The position numbers and the translations under genes are program-made. Shown in pieces: positions 29,024 to 38,564 of a stretch of DNA of 40,489 nt (position 1 is the first letter of the stretch; each line of letters starts with the position of its first letter). The notes beneath the pieces were generated by a model. That model searched no databases and was not told where the DNA came from. It worked only from the letters and a program-made list of their open reading frames with translations. Source of the stretch: Myxococcota bacterium (GTDB taxonomy: Bacteria; Myxococcota_A; Polyangia; Polyangiales; Sandaracinaceae); assembly GCA_036149055.1 (NCBI GenBank), contig JAYZQJ010000229.1, positions 1-40,489 on the forward strand, read 5' to 3'.

Positions 29024-30532
29024 TCAGCTCGGGGCAGTGGGGGGTTGTTCGCTCCGCGCGCGCGCCACCGCGCGGGTCCAGCGATCCAGGTGCGCGCGAC
29101 GCGCGCTCGCGTCCATCGCGGGGGAGAAGGTCCGCTCGATCCGGTGCGCCTCGCGGACCGCCGAGAGATCCGAGAACACGCCGACCGCGAGCCCCGCCAG
29201 ATAGGCGGCGCCGAGCGCGGTGGTCTCGACGTTGCCCGGCCGGTCGACCTCGGCGTCGAGGATGTCGGCCTGGAACTGCATGAGCAGGGCGTTCTGCGAG
29301 GCCCCGCCGTCGACGCGGAGCCGGCGCATCTCGCGCCCGCTGTCGGCCTCCATCGCGCGCAGGAGGTCGGCGATCTGGAAGGCCACGCCCTCGAGGGTGG
29401 CGCGGGCGAGGTGCGCGGCGGTGGTGTCGCGGCCGAGGCCCCAGATGAGGCCGCGCGCGTCGGGATCCCAGTGCGGCGCGCCGAGCCCGACCAGGGCGGG
29501 CACGAAGACGACGCCGCCGGAGTCGTCGGCCTTCTCCGCGAGGGCCTCGACGTCGGCGCTGCGGCCGATGAGCCCGAGGCCGTCGCGCAGCCACTGGACG
29601 GCCGCGCCCGCGATGAAGGCGCTGCCCTCGAGCGCGTACACCGTCTGGTCGCCGATCTTCCAGGCGACGGTCGTCAGCAGGCCGTTCTTCGAGGCCACCG
29701 CCTCGGCGCCGGTGTTCATGAGGATGAAGGCGCCGGTCCCGTAGGTGCTCTTGACGTCTCCGACCTCGAAGCAGGTCTGCCCGAAGAGCGCCGCCTGCTG
29801 GTCGCCCGCGATGCCAGCGATCGGCGTGCCGTCCGGGAGGCCGGGGACGCCCGACGTCTTCGCGTAGACCTCCGAGCAGGAGCGGACCTCGGGCAGCATG
29901 CCCATCGGCACGTGAAGCAGCCCGCAGAGCTCCTCGTCCCAGACGCCGCGATGGATGTCGTAGAGCAAGGTGCGCGACGCGTTCGTGACGTCGGTGACGT
30001 GGGCCGCGCCGCGGCTGAGGCGCCACACCAGCCAGCTGTCGATGGTGCCGAACGCGAGCTCTCCCGCCTCGGCGCGCGCGCGGGCGCCGTCGACGTTCTC
30101 GAGGATCCACTCGGCCTTGGTGCCGCTGAAGTAGGGGTCGAGCACGAGGCCGGTGCGGGCGCGGAAGAGGTCTTCCCGCCCGTCCTTCTTCAGCTCCTGG
30201 CACCGGCTCGCGGTGCGCCGGTCCTGCCACACGATGGCGCGGTGCACGGCCTCGCCGGTCTCGCGATCCCAGACCACCGTCGTCTCGCGCTGGTTCGTGA
30301 TGCCGATGCCGGCGCAGTCCTCGCCGCGCACTCCGGCGGCCCGCAGCGCGTCCGCGAGGCTGCCCACGATGGAGGCCCAGATCTCCTCGAGATCGTGCTC
30401 CACCCAGCCCGACCGTGGGAAGTGCTGACGGAACTCGCGGTTCGCCTTGCCGAGGACCTTTCCGTCCTCGCCCAGCACCACCACCGTGCTGCCGGTGGTG
30501 CCCTGATCGATCGCCAAGAGATGCCGAGCCAT
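29024..30532 (-). CDS. glpK: Glycerol kinase
   Basis: [77 protein letters not shown]. Confidence 0.98.
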   Translation of the reverse strand: MARHLLAIDQGTTGSTVVVLGEDGKVLGKANREFRQHFPRSGWVEHDLEEIWASIVGSLADALRAAGVRGEDCAGIGITNQRETTVVWDRETGEAVHRAIVWQDRRTASRCQELKKDGREDLFRARTGLVLDPYFSGTKAEWILENVDGARARAEAGELAFGTIDSWLVWRLSRGAAHVTDVTNASRTLLYDIHRGVWDEELCGLLHVPMGMLPEVRSCSEVYAKTSGVPGLPDGTPIAGIAGDQQAALFGQTCFEVGDVKSTYGTGAFILMNTGAEAVASKNGLLTTVAWKIGDQTVYALEGSAFIAGAAVQWLRDGLGLIGRSADVEALAEKADDSGGVVFVPALVGLGAPHWDPDARGLIWGLGRDTTAAHLARATLEGVAFQIADLLRAMEADSGREMRRLRVDGGASQNALLMQFQADILDAEVDRPGNVETTALGAAYLAGLAVGVFSDLSAVREAHRIERTFSPAMDASARRAHLDRWTRAVARARSEQPPTAPS

Positions 30533-30600
30533 GGGGGGGGTACGGTACGCGGTTCGCTTTCAGCCTGTAAAGCGGCAACGCTCGGGCCGCCACCCCCTGG

Positions 30601-32907
30601 TCAGCTCCCGGCGAGCCGGTCGCGCATCGCCTCGAGCGCGGACCGCGCGGGGCCGTCGCCGACCACCTCGAGGGCCAGCGCCACGATCCGCCGCGCGGCC
30701 TCGACCTCGCCGGCGCGCTCGGCCGCGGTGAGGGCGGCGCGAAGCATGGCCGTGTCCCGCTTGGCGGCCCCCACCTCGGCCAGCGCGAGGGCGGCCTCGC
30801 CGGGGCGGCCCTCCTCTTTCAGGCGACGCGAGGCCGCTCGGAGATAGGCGAGCCGCGCCTCCTCGTCGGGGGCCAGGTCGGCGAGGCGTCGCGAGGCGTC
30901 GCCGTCGAGGCGCTCGGCGTCGCGCACCAGCACGTCCGCGATCGCGCCGGCCACCGTCTCGTCGGCGTCGCCGGCCGCCGTCGCGAGCGCCCTCGCGGCC
31001 GCGACCTCGTCGTCGGCCTGCGCGCGCGCCTCCCGCGCCAGCGCGGCCGCGTCCTCGGCCTTGGCGAGCGCCCGCACGATCTTGTCGGGCGGGAGGGTCA
31101 GCAGGCGCTCGGGCTGATCCTCGAAGCGGCCGAGCTCCAGCTCCTCGATGCGCGGCGCCAGCGCGGCCGCCGCCTCGTCGTCGGGCGCCACCCGCTCGCG
31201 CGCGGCGTGGAAGGCGCGCGCCCGGCCGAGATCGGACGCCTCGAGCGCGTCCTCCGCCGCCGCCCCGAGCGCGCGCCGCACGGGGGACGAGGCGCCGCCG
31301 ACGGGCAGCAGCTCCATCGCCGCGAGCAGCCGGTCCTCGGCCCGGCGGAGGGGCGCGGCCGCGTCGAGCGTCCGGCGCGCCGCGGCCAGCGACGCGAGCA
31401 CGCCGGCGTCTCGCGGGGTGAGCGCCGCGGCCCGCGACAGGCGGTCCTCGGCGTCGGGCACCCTGCCCGCGCGCTCCGCCGCCCTCGCCCCGCCCGCGAG
31501 CGCGGCCGCCTCGCCCTCCGCGTCTCCCTCCTGGCGGAGCGCGCTGGCCGCGCGATCGAAGAGCGCGAGCGCCTCGACGGGCTCACCCGCGGCGGCCCGC
31601 ACCCGGGCCAGGCCGAGCAGCACGTCCGCATCGTGCGGCAGGTGACTCGCCGCGACCGCCCACGCCCGCGCCGCCGCCGGGTCCCGCCCGGCCAGCGACA
31701 GCAGGCGCGCCGCCTCCCGGGCCAGGGCGCCGCGCTCCGGCCCCGGCTCGCGCGCCGCGAGCGCGTCCTCGAGCGCATCTTCCAGCGCCTCCTCGTCCCC
31801 CAGCCGCGCCAGCGCGCCCACCAGGCGGAGGGCGAGCTCGGCGTCGGTGGGTCGGCGCCCCGCGGCCCGCTCGAGCAGGGACGCGGCGAGGCGCGGGCGG
31901 GCGTCCAGCGCGCGATCGGCGACCGCGCAGAGCGCCTCCACCGCGACCGCGTCGCAAGGCTCCACCTCGGCGAGCGCGCGGGCGTGCCCGGACGCGGCCT
32001 CCAGGTCCCCGTCGCGCAGCGCGTCCCGCAGCGCCAGCGCGCGCCCCACCGGTCCTTCGGCCGAGGCCGGCGCCGGCTCCAGCCCGAGCGAGGCCCCGGC
32101 GAGCTGCAGCGCGTCCTCGCGGTGGCGCTCGCGCAGATCCGCCCAGACCCGCTCGGCGCGCTCTCGGTCCCCGATCGCCAGCGCCGCCACCACCGGCGCC
32201 AGCCGCCGCGCCCGCTCCCAGGCCGGGTCGGGCGCGGGCTCGGGCGCGGACTCGGGCAGGGTCTCGATCGACACGCGGCGCGGGCCGAGCACCTCGAGCC
32301 GCAGCCGCACCCCGCGATCGTCCGGCACCCGCCAGCCGTGCGGCACCAGCGCCTCCATGAGGAGCGCTCCCAGGGCCCGCGGCGCCGACAGCGCCCCGCG
32401 ATCGACCTCGAGCTCGAGGCCGAGGGCCCGCGCGGCGACCATCACCCGGGCGAGGGGCGGCGCCGGTCCCTCCGTCGCGGCCCGCGCGTCGAGCGGCGCC
32501 ACCCGCAGGGTGCTCCCCTCGAACGTCGCGCGGGTCTCGAACGCCACCGTGCCGAAGGCGTCCCGCAGCGCGAACGCGAGCCCGCCCTCCACCGGGGAGA
32601 GCGGCCGCGCCGCGTAGGGATCGCGGGCCAGCGCGGCGAGCACGCTCGGCACGTCGACCCGCACCTTCGCCTCACGGACCCGGGTGCGCCGCGTCCGGAA
32701 GCGCCCCGGGCCGGCGCTCAGATCGAGCGGGAACGCGAGCCGGCCGAGGTCGAGCACCAGGTGCTCGACGCGCCCGAACGCGAAGCGGAAGGGCCGCGCG
32801 AGCTGAAGCCGCCCGCGCCCGTCCTCGAAGCGCAGCGCGAAGCGCGGCCCGCCCTCGGGGGGACGCCGGGCGCCGCCGCCCTCCTCGGCCCGTGCCTCCG
32901 CTTCCAT
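30601..32907 (-). CDS. Ala-rich TPR-like repeat protein with an uncharacterised N-terminal domain
   Basis: ATG 32907; helical TPR-like repeats (LLERAAGRRPTDAELALRL, AASHLPHDADVLLGLARV, RAAALTPRDAGVLASLA). Confidence 0.72.
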   Translation of the reverse strand: MEAEARAEEGGGARRPPEGGPRFALRFEDGRGRLQLARPFRFAFGRVEHLVLDLGRLAFPLDLSAGPGRFRTRRTRVREAKVRVDVPSVLAALARDPYAARPLSPVEGGLAFALRDAFGTVAFETRATFEGSTLRVAPLDARAATEGPAPPLARVMVAARALGLELEVDRGALSAPRALGALLMEALVPHGWRVPDDRGVRLRLEVLGPRRVSIETLPESAPEPAPDPAWERARRLAPVVAALAIGDRERAERVWADLRERHREDALQLAGASLGLEPAPASAEGPVGRALALRDALRDGDLEAASGHARALAEVEPCDAVAVEALCAVADRALDARPRLAASLLERAAGRRPTDAELALRLVGALARLGDEEALEDALEDALAAREPGPERGALAREAARLLSLAGRDPAAARAWAVAASHLPHDADVLLGLARVRAAAGEPVEALALFDRAASALRQEGDAEGEAAALAGGARAAERAGRVPDAEDRLSRAAALTPRDAGVLASLAAARRTLDAAAPLRRAEDRLLAAMELLPVGGASSPVRRALGAAAEDALEASDLGRARAFHAARERVAPDDEAAAALAPRIEELELGRFEDQPERLLTLPPDKIVRALAKAEDAAALAREARAQADDEVAAARALATAAGDADETVAGAIADVLVRDAERLDGDASRRLADLAPDEEARLAYLRAASRRLKEEGRPGEAALALAEVGAAKRDTAMLRAALTAAERAGEVEAARRIVALALEVVGDGPARSALEAMRDRLAGS

Positions 32908-33061
32908 CGCGCCCGAGGGTAATGCGGCCACGCGCGGAACGAAACAGCGCGGTGTCGACACGACCCGCGGCTTCGTCGGCTATCTTGGGTTCATCAGCCG
33001 CCCCGGCGAGGACCTGGTGGGAGCGTTGATCAGCCAGCTCGATGGGCTGGCGCTGGAGAAG

Positions 33062-33310
33062 ATGATGGAGCTGGAAGAGATGCTGGCGCGCAAAAAGCGC
33101 GAAGAGGGGCGCCAGGAGGGGCGCGCGGAGGGGCTCGCGGAGGGACGTGCGCAGCGCGGCACCGAGCTCCTGATGAAGCTCCTTCGACTGAAGTTCGGGG
33201 AGCTGGACCCGGAGACGGTGCAGCGCCTGAGCGACGCGTCGGAGGCCGAGCTCGATCGCTGGGCAGAGCGCGTCCTGACCGCGAGCGACCTCTCGGAGGT
33301 GTTCGCGTAG
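33062..33310 (+). CDS. Stand-alone Rpn C-terminal / DUF4351-like small protein (RpnS-like), probably the remnant of a truncated Rpn gene
   Basis: MMELEEMLARKKREEGRQEGRAEGLAEG...LLRLKFGEL...ASEAELDRWAERVLTASDLSEVF; ATG after GGAG; alternative GTG at 33017; no nuclease domain. Confidence 0.78.
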   Translation: MMELEEMLARKKREEGRQEGRAEGLAEGRAQRGTELLMKLLRLKFGELDPETVQRLSDASEAELDRWAERVLTASDLSEVFA

Positions 33311-33319
33311 CCTGTCTCC

Positions 33320-33727
33320 ATGCGGACCAGAGACGCGCGGGTCGAAGACGCGGCGGCGATCGAGGCGCTCCTCCGGCTCCTCGACCACGCCGCGGCGCCG
33401 GTCGAGGCGCGGCTCGCGTCCCCGCTGCCGGGCGACGTGGTGCTGGTCGCGGAGCGGGAGAGGGTCGTCGGGGTGGCCGCGGCGGCGACGTTTCATGCGT
33501 TCGAGTATCCCCGGCCGCAGCTCCGGGTGAGCGCGATCGCGGTGGCGCCCACGGCGCGGCGCTCCGGCGTCGGTCGCGCGCTCGTGCGCGCCCTCGAAGC
33601 CCGAGCCTCCGCCCTCGGCTGCTTCCGGGTCGAGCTGACCAGCGCCCACCACCTCGAGCCGGCGCACGCGTTCTGGCGAGCCCTCGGCTACCGCGACGCC
33701 GGACGCCGCTTCGTCCGGGGAGTGTGA
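33320..33727 (+). CDS. GNAT family N-acetyltransferase
   Basis: VSAIAVAPTARRSGVGRALV acetyl-CoA motif, GCFRVELTS, AHAFWRALGY. Confidence 0.9.
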   Translation: MRTRDARVEDAAAIEALLRLLDHAAAPVEARLASPLPGDVVLVAERERVVGVAAAATFHAFEYPRPQLRVSAIAVAPTARRSGVGRALVRALEARASALGCFRVELTSAHHLEPAHAFWRALGYRDAGRRFVRGV

Positions 33728-33754
33728 CCCGTTCTGGTCGCCCCCGCGCGCCTG

Positions 33755-35284
33755 TCAGGCGGTGAGGCCGGTCGCGTCGGTGAAGGGGTTGCGGAAGAGG
33801 GCGGCGCTGGGGCCGAGGAGGTCGGCGCGCTTCGCTTTCCACTTCGTCAGCCCCGCGCCGTAGTCCGAGGCGACGCGGCCGGCGGTGAGGAAGTTGATCT
33901 GTCCCCAGTGGCGGCGGTAGTCGACGCCGGCGCCGTCGAGGCGCAGGAAGAGGCGGCGGAAGAAGTCGGCCGTCCCGTTCACGCCGCTCATGCACGGGAA
34001 CTCGATGGTGACCGTCGGCTCGAACTGGGCCATGCCGATCAGCGCGCGCGTGGCCTGGCTGTAGCGGAAGGAGACGAGGCCCGGATAGGCGTAGTGGTGC
34101 TGCGCGCGGGAGGCGTCGATCTCGTCCAGGATCGCGTCGAGCGCCCGGCCCGCCTGCGCGACCGGGAGCGCCAGCTCGGCCGCGAGCGGCTTGAAGCCGA
34201 TGGGCACGTTGCGGGGGAAGACGACGGCGAAGGGCGCGTTCACCTGCTTCGGCGGGTACTGCTGGTTCAGCAGCAGCTGCAGGGTGGAGGGCACGGCGCC
34301 GGGCGCGAGGCCCGCGAGCGCGGCGAGGAGATCGCCCACCGCGGCGCCCGGCTGGATCGAGCCTCCCCCCGGCGGCGGAGGCGGCACCTGGAAGGCCTTC
34401 TTCCAGCACACCGTGAGCGAGACGCCGTCCGAGGCGTCGACCGCGTAGGGGTTGATGACGACCTCGAAGTGATACGGGCGCCCGGTCCCGCCCGGGAGCG
34501 GGTAGCCAGCGCCGAAGTCGAGGGTCTCCATCAACGCCCGCAGCTCGGGGTCGAGCTTCTTCCGGACGCGGTGGAAGTCGAGGTTGAAGCCATCGACCGT
34601 CTCGATGGCGACGGCGTGGACCAGCCCGAGACAGCCGACGCTGACGACCACCGCGTTCAGGAGGTCGTCGTCGCGCACCAGCTCCATGCCCTCGCGCTGG
34701 GCCCAGGCGGCGGTGACGAGCGGGCGGCTCGCGGCCTCGATCCAGAGCGACTCGCCGCCCTTGCCGATCAGGTGCACGCCGCGGATCTGATCGGGGATCG
34801 GCCGCTGGTCGATCTGGGAGCCGTGACTGCCGGTGAGCGCCGCGCCGCCGATCGTCTGCCCGCCGCGGCCTCCCATCGTGCGCAGCGACCGGGCCTTCGA
34901 CATCAGGAAGTCGTTGAGCGCGCCCACCCGCGCCCCGGCCTGCGCGAGGACCACCGCGCCGAGCTCGGACGGATCCTCGAGGTCGCCCGCGCTCCACACC
35001 TGGAGCACCCGCGAGAGGGACAGCACGTTGACGGCGTAGCCGTCGGTCATCGCGCAGGGCGAGAAGCTCCAGGCGGTGCCCATCGCGCGCAGCGGCTGGC
35101 CGTCGGCCTCGGCGTCACGGACCACCCGCTGGAGGTTCTTCACGCCCTGACGCCAGTCGTCCTGCTGCGCGCCGTTCCGCACGTCGTAGACGCGCTGGGC
35201 CGTCACGCGCGGCACGTTCTCGGAGAAGTTCGTGAGCGAGACGGCGTCGCTCCGCAACAGCCCGGGCTGCACGATGGTGGTCAT
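33755..35284 (-). CDS. FAD-linked oxidase (aldonolactone oxidase / ALO-like)
   Basis: ATG 35284 coupled to the upstream stop; RAMGTAWSFS, QAGARV, QTIGGAALTGSHGS, VSVGCLGLV, C-terminal RRHWGQ. Confidence 0.85.
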   Translation of the reverse strand: MTTIVQPGLLRSDAVSLTNFSENVPRVTAQRVYDVRNGAQQDDWRQGVKNLQRVVRDAEADGQPLRAMGTAWSFSPCAMTDGYAVNVLSLSRVLQVWSAGDLEDPSELGAVVLAQAGARVGALNDFLMSKARSLRTMGGRGGQTIGGAALTGSHGSQIDQRPIPDQIRGVHLIGKGGESLWIEAASRPLVTAAWAQREGMELVRDDDLLNAVVVSVGCLGLVHAVAIETVDGFNLDFHRVRKKLDPELRALMETLDFGAGYPLPGGTGRPYHFEVVINPYAVDASDGVSLTVCWKKAFQVPPPPPGGGSIQPGAAVGDLLAALAGLAPGAVPSTLQLLLNQQYPPKQVNAPFAVVFPRNVPIGFKPLAAELALPVAQAGRALDAILDEIDASRAQHHYAYPGLVSFRYSQATRALIGMAQFEPTVTIEFPCMSGVNGTADFFRRLFLRLDGAGVDYRRHWGQINFLTAGRVASDYGAGLTKWKAKRADLLGPSAALFRNPFTDATGLTA

Positions 35285-35610
35285 CGCCGCTCCGGGTCGA
35301 GGCGGCTGAGCGGGCCGTTCTGCACGGCGCAGGTGAACCAGACGTCCATCGGCTGCCAGAAGCCAAGCGTCAGCACGTTGAGCACCGTGTAGCCGAAGTT
35401 GTCCTGCACCCGCACGGTCGCGAAGCCGCCGTTCGCGCAGTACTGCTCCGCCGTCGCGTCGAAGTCGTCCCCCGCCGCGCCCCAGGCGATGCTGTGCATC
35501 GTCACGTGCGTCGCGCGGTCCGGCGTCACCGCCGCGTCCCCCGCACGCAAGCGATAGGTCATGCAGCCGCTCGCGAAGAGCGCCACGCCCACGATGAGAA
35601 TCCGCCCCAT
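35281..35610 (-). CDS. Bor/Iss-family lipoprotein
   Basis: Lipobox FASGC; C..GG...V...NF...LNVLTLGFWQP..V.FTC pattern matches the Bor family. Confidence 0.75.
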   Translation of the reverse strand: MGRILIVGVALFASGCMTYRLRAGDAAVTPDRATHVTMHSIAWGAAGDDFDATAEQYCANGGFATVRVQDNFGYTVLNVLTLGFWQPMDVWFTCAVQNGPLSRLDPERR

Positions 35611-35627
35611 GTCGGGGCGAGGATAGA

Positions 35628-36713
35628 TCAGGCCGGGACGCGGGTGCGGAAACGTTCCCAGGGGGTCCCGAGGACCTCCTTGGCCTTGGTGCGCACCTCT
35701 CGGACCGCGTCCTGCGAGGCCCCGGCGGCGAGCGCGTCCTCGGCGCAGAGCATGGCGGCGATGTGCCGCTCACGCGCGAGGAACGAGGCGGCGAGCGCGG
35801 GCAGGACCTCCGAGCGCGGCGCGCCCAGCGCGAGCGCGCGGCGGAAGAGACCGATGGCCTCGCCGTGCCGCGCCTCGGCCACGTACGCGCCCCCGAGGCG
35901 GCGGAAGAGGTCCGCGCTCACCTCGAGCTGGTCCTGGCCCCACTGGATGCCGAGACGCAAGACCTCCTGCGCCCACTCGGTGCGACCGAGCTCGACGAAG
36001 GCGCTGCCGAGCATGCCGAGCGCCTCCGCGAGCGTCGCCCGGACCTCCGGCGCGAGGCCCTGTCCCTCGGCGGTGCGGAGCAGGAGCGAGAGCGGGCCCG
36101 GCCAGCTCCCGAGGATCTCCGCGACGGCCTCGCTGTCGCCGCTCTTGGCGGCGGCGCGGGCGCGGGGCACGAGGTTGAGGTCGATCGAGAAGGGCGAGGG
36201 CGCCCGCTGCTGCTCGACGTCCTCGCGCACCCGGTCGCGCACGAGATCGCGGAAGTCCGACAGCGGCAGCTCGGTGCGCTGACCCCCGATCGTCACGTCG
36301 AGGGAGGCGAGCCCGGCGTCCACCTTGAGCGCGTCGAGGCCGATGCCGTAGAGGGGCGCGAGCAGCACATAGCGGAAGCCGATGAAGCTCTGCAGCGCCT
36401 CGGCGTCGCCGCCCTCGGGCTCGCCGGTCGCCGGATCGTCGTCGCTCAGCATCGCCTGCGCGAGCCGCTCGCGGAAGTCGCCGAGGCTCAGCCGCTGCGC
36501 GCCCGGCAGGTCGCCGATCTCGAACTCCACCACCGACTGATCGGGGTTCCGCGGGTCGACGGTCAGCGCGGTGATGCGGATCCCCGCGATCACGCTGAAC
36601 GCCACGAAGCGCTCGCCGACCACCTCGCAGAGCTGCGTGAAGCCCTGCGAGCCGTCGCCCAGCTGCTCGAGCCATCCGTCGGCGCGAGCCTTGTCCAGCG
36701 CGTATGTCTTCAT
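35628..36713 (-). CDS. Hypothetical protein with C-terminal TPR repeats
   Basis: ATG 36713 (MKTYALDKARADGW); TPR-like LFRRLGGAYVAEARHGEAIGLFRRALALG. Confidence 0.78.
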   Translation of the reverse strand: MKTYALDKARADGWLEQLGDGSQGFTQLCEVVGERFVAFSVIAGIRITALTVDPRNPDQSVVEFEIGDLPGAQRLSLGDFRERLAQAMLSDDDPATGEPEGGDAEALQSFIGFRYVLLAPLYGIGLDALKVDAGLASLDVTIGGQRTELPLSDFRDLVRDRVREDVEQQRAPSPFSIDLNLVPRARAAAKSGDSEAVAEILGSWPGPLSLLLRTAEGQGLAPEVRATLAEALGMLGSAFVELGRTEWAQEVLRLGIQWGQDQLEVSADLFRRLGGAYVAEARHGEAIGLFRRALALGAPRSEVLPALAASFLARERHIAAMLCAEDALAAGASQDAVREVRTKAKEVLGTPWERFRTRVPA

Positions 36714-36751
36714 CCGGTGAGTCTCATCGTCGCGGCCCATCCAGCCTGGGG

Positions 36752-37711
36752 TCAAGCGTCACGACGCGAGCGGTACCAGTCGATGGTGCGCGCGATTCCG
36801 TCCTCGAGGTCGACGCCGGCGCGGAAGCCGAGCAGCTTCTCCGCCTTCTTCACGTCGGGGATGCGGAGCTCGACGTCCGGGAAGTCCCACTTCACGAAGC
36901 GGATGGGGCTGTCGCTCTGGGCGAGCCGGGCCACGAGACGCGCGAGCTGGTAGATGGTGACCGTGCTGCGCGGGTTCCCGATGTTGAAGCTCTGCCCGAT
37001 CGCCTCGACCTTGGTGAGGCAGAGCAGGATGCCCTCGACGATGTCGTCGATGTAGCACCAGGACCGGATCTGATCGCCCTCGTTGTGGATGGTGATCTCG
37101 TCGCCCGCGAGCGCGCGCACCACGAAGGCGTGGATGGCGCCCTCCCCGATCTGGCCGGGGCCGTAGATGTTGAAGGGCCGGATGGCGCAGGTCGGCAGCT
37201 GGTACTGCTTCCAGTAGTTGTGGGCGAGGTGCTCGGTCGCGAGCTTGCTGACCGCGTAGGTCCAGCGGGCCTCCCCGACCGCGCCGAGGCTGGTCACGTC
37301 GGCCTCGCGGACCCGGAAGGCGTAGGAGCCGAAGACCTCGCTGGTCGAGAAGTCGATCACGCGCTTGATGCCGCTGACCGCCCGGGCCGCCTCGAGCACG
37401 TTCATCGTGCCGCGCAGCGAGACGTCCATGGTGGTGACCGGGTTCTTCATCACCGTGTCGACGCCGGCGATCGACGCCATGTGCACGACGTAGTCGACGC
37501 CCTCGGTGGCCTCGCGCACCACGTCGGCGTCGCGCACGTCGCCGACCACCAGCTCGAGGTTCTCGTGGCCCATGAGCCCGGCCGCCTCCAGCCCGTTGCG
37601 GCGGAGGTTGTCGAGCACGCGGATCTTGTTGTGGGGCAGGAGCTCCCGGCAGAGCGCGGTGCCGATGAAGCCGGCGCCGCCGGTGAGGAGGAGGTGCGCG
37701 TCACGCAGCAT
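36752..37711 (-). CDS. NAD-dependent epimerase/dehydratase (extended SDR)
   Basis: ATG 37711; TGGAGFIG, HMASIAG, FSTSEVFG, YAVSK, RPFNIYGPGQ, GDQIRSWCYIDD. Confidence 0.95.
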   Translation of the reverse strand: MLRDAHLLLTGGAGFIGTALCRELLPHNKIRVLDNLRRNGLEAAGLMGHENLELVVGDVRDADVVREATEGVDYVVHMASIAGVDTVMKNPVTTMDVSLRGTMNVLEAARAVSGIKRVIDFSTSEVFGSYAFRVREADVTSLGAVGEARWTYAVSKLATEHLAHNYWKQYQLPTCAIRPFNIYGPGQIGEGAIHAFVVRALAGDEITIHNEGDQIRSWCYIDDIVEGILLCLTKVEAIGQSFNIGNPRSTVTIYQLARLVARLAQSDSPIRFVKWDFPDVELRIPDVKKAEKLLGFRAGVDLEDGIARTIDWYRSRRDA

Positions 37712-37783
37712 GATGCCCGGTCGTGCCTCGGATGAGACGCCGCCGCAAGCGCCCACAGACGGAGGGAACGAGCGAGGCGCGGT

Positions 37784-37799
37784 GGGCGTTGCAACGCCC
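37784..37799. promoter_or_regulatory. Perfect 16-bp palindrome, candidate operator in a divergent promoter region
   Basis: GGGCGTTGCAACGCCC, midway between the epimerase start (37711) and the pspA start (37879). Confidence 0.4.
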
Positions 37800-37878
37800 G
37801 AGGCATCATCTTTACAAGGTCGCGGGGCCATGGAACCCTCCGACCAGGCTCCGTTTTTCACCTCTGGGGGACCCCCGA

Positions 37879-38547
37879 ATGGGCATCTTCAGCCGCTTCA
37901 ACCGTGTCCTGAAGTCCAACCTCAACTCGATGCTGGACAAGGCCGAGGACCCGGCAAAGCTGATCGATCAGACCATCATCGAGATGGAGAAGGAGCTGAA
38001 GGAGGCCCGCAAGGAGCTCGTCCAGACGCTCGGGGCCTCGAAGCGGCTCGACAAGAAGAAGGCGGAGCTCGAGGAGGAGGTCGCCAAGTGGGAGGACAAG
38101 GCCGTCCTCGCGCTCAAGGCCGGCGACGAGGAGCTCGCCCGCGAGGCCCTCAAGATGAAGCAGCGGGTCGCGCGCGACGCCGAGCAGGCGGCCGAGCAGG
38201 CCGCGACCCAGGAGCGGGCCGCCTTCCAGATGAAGGACACGCTCGAGGAGATCGAGCAGAAGATCGACGATCTCAAGGCGCGCAAGTCCACCCTGGCCGC
38301 GAAGGTGCGGCGGGCCCGCTCGGGCCCCGACGACGACGCGGTGAGCGGCCGCGGCGGCGCGTTCGCGGATCTGGAGCGGCTCAGCAGCCGCATCGACGGG
38401 CTCGAGGCCGAGGTCGAGGTGCACGACGTGCTCGACGATCCGGGCCGGCGCGACGTCGAGGCGCGCTTCCGAGAGCTCGAGCGCAAGGCGGGCACCACCA
38501 AGGTCGACGACGAGCTCGAGGCGCTGAAGCGGCGCCTCGACGACTGA
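37879..38547 (+). CDS. pspA: PspA/IM30 family protein
   Basis: MGIFSRFNRVLKSNLNSMLDKAEDPAK, ALKAGDEELAREAL, coiled coil, C-terminal VDDELEALKRRL. Confidence 0.95.
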   Translation: MGIFSRFNRVLKSNLNSMLDKAEDPAKLIDQTIIEMEKELKEARKELVQTLGASKRLDKKKAELEEEVAKWEDKAVLALKAGDEELAREALKMKQRVARDAEQAAEQAATQERAAFQMKDTLEEIEQKIDDLKARKSTLAAKVRRARSGPDDDAVSGRGGAFADLERLSSRIDGLEAEVEVHDVLDDPGRRDVEARFRELERKAGTTKVDDELEALKRRLDD

Positions 38548-38564
38548 CGCGCGCGAACACCGTC

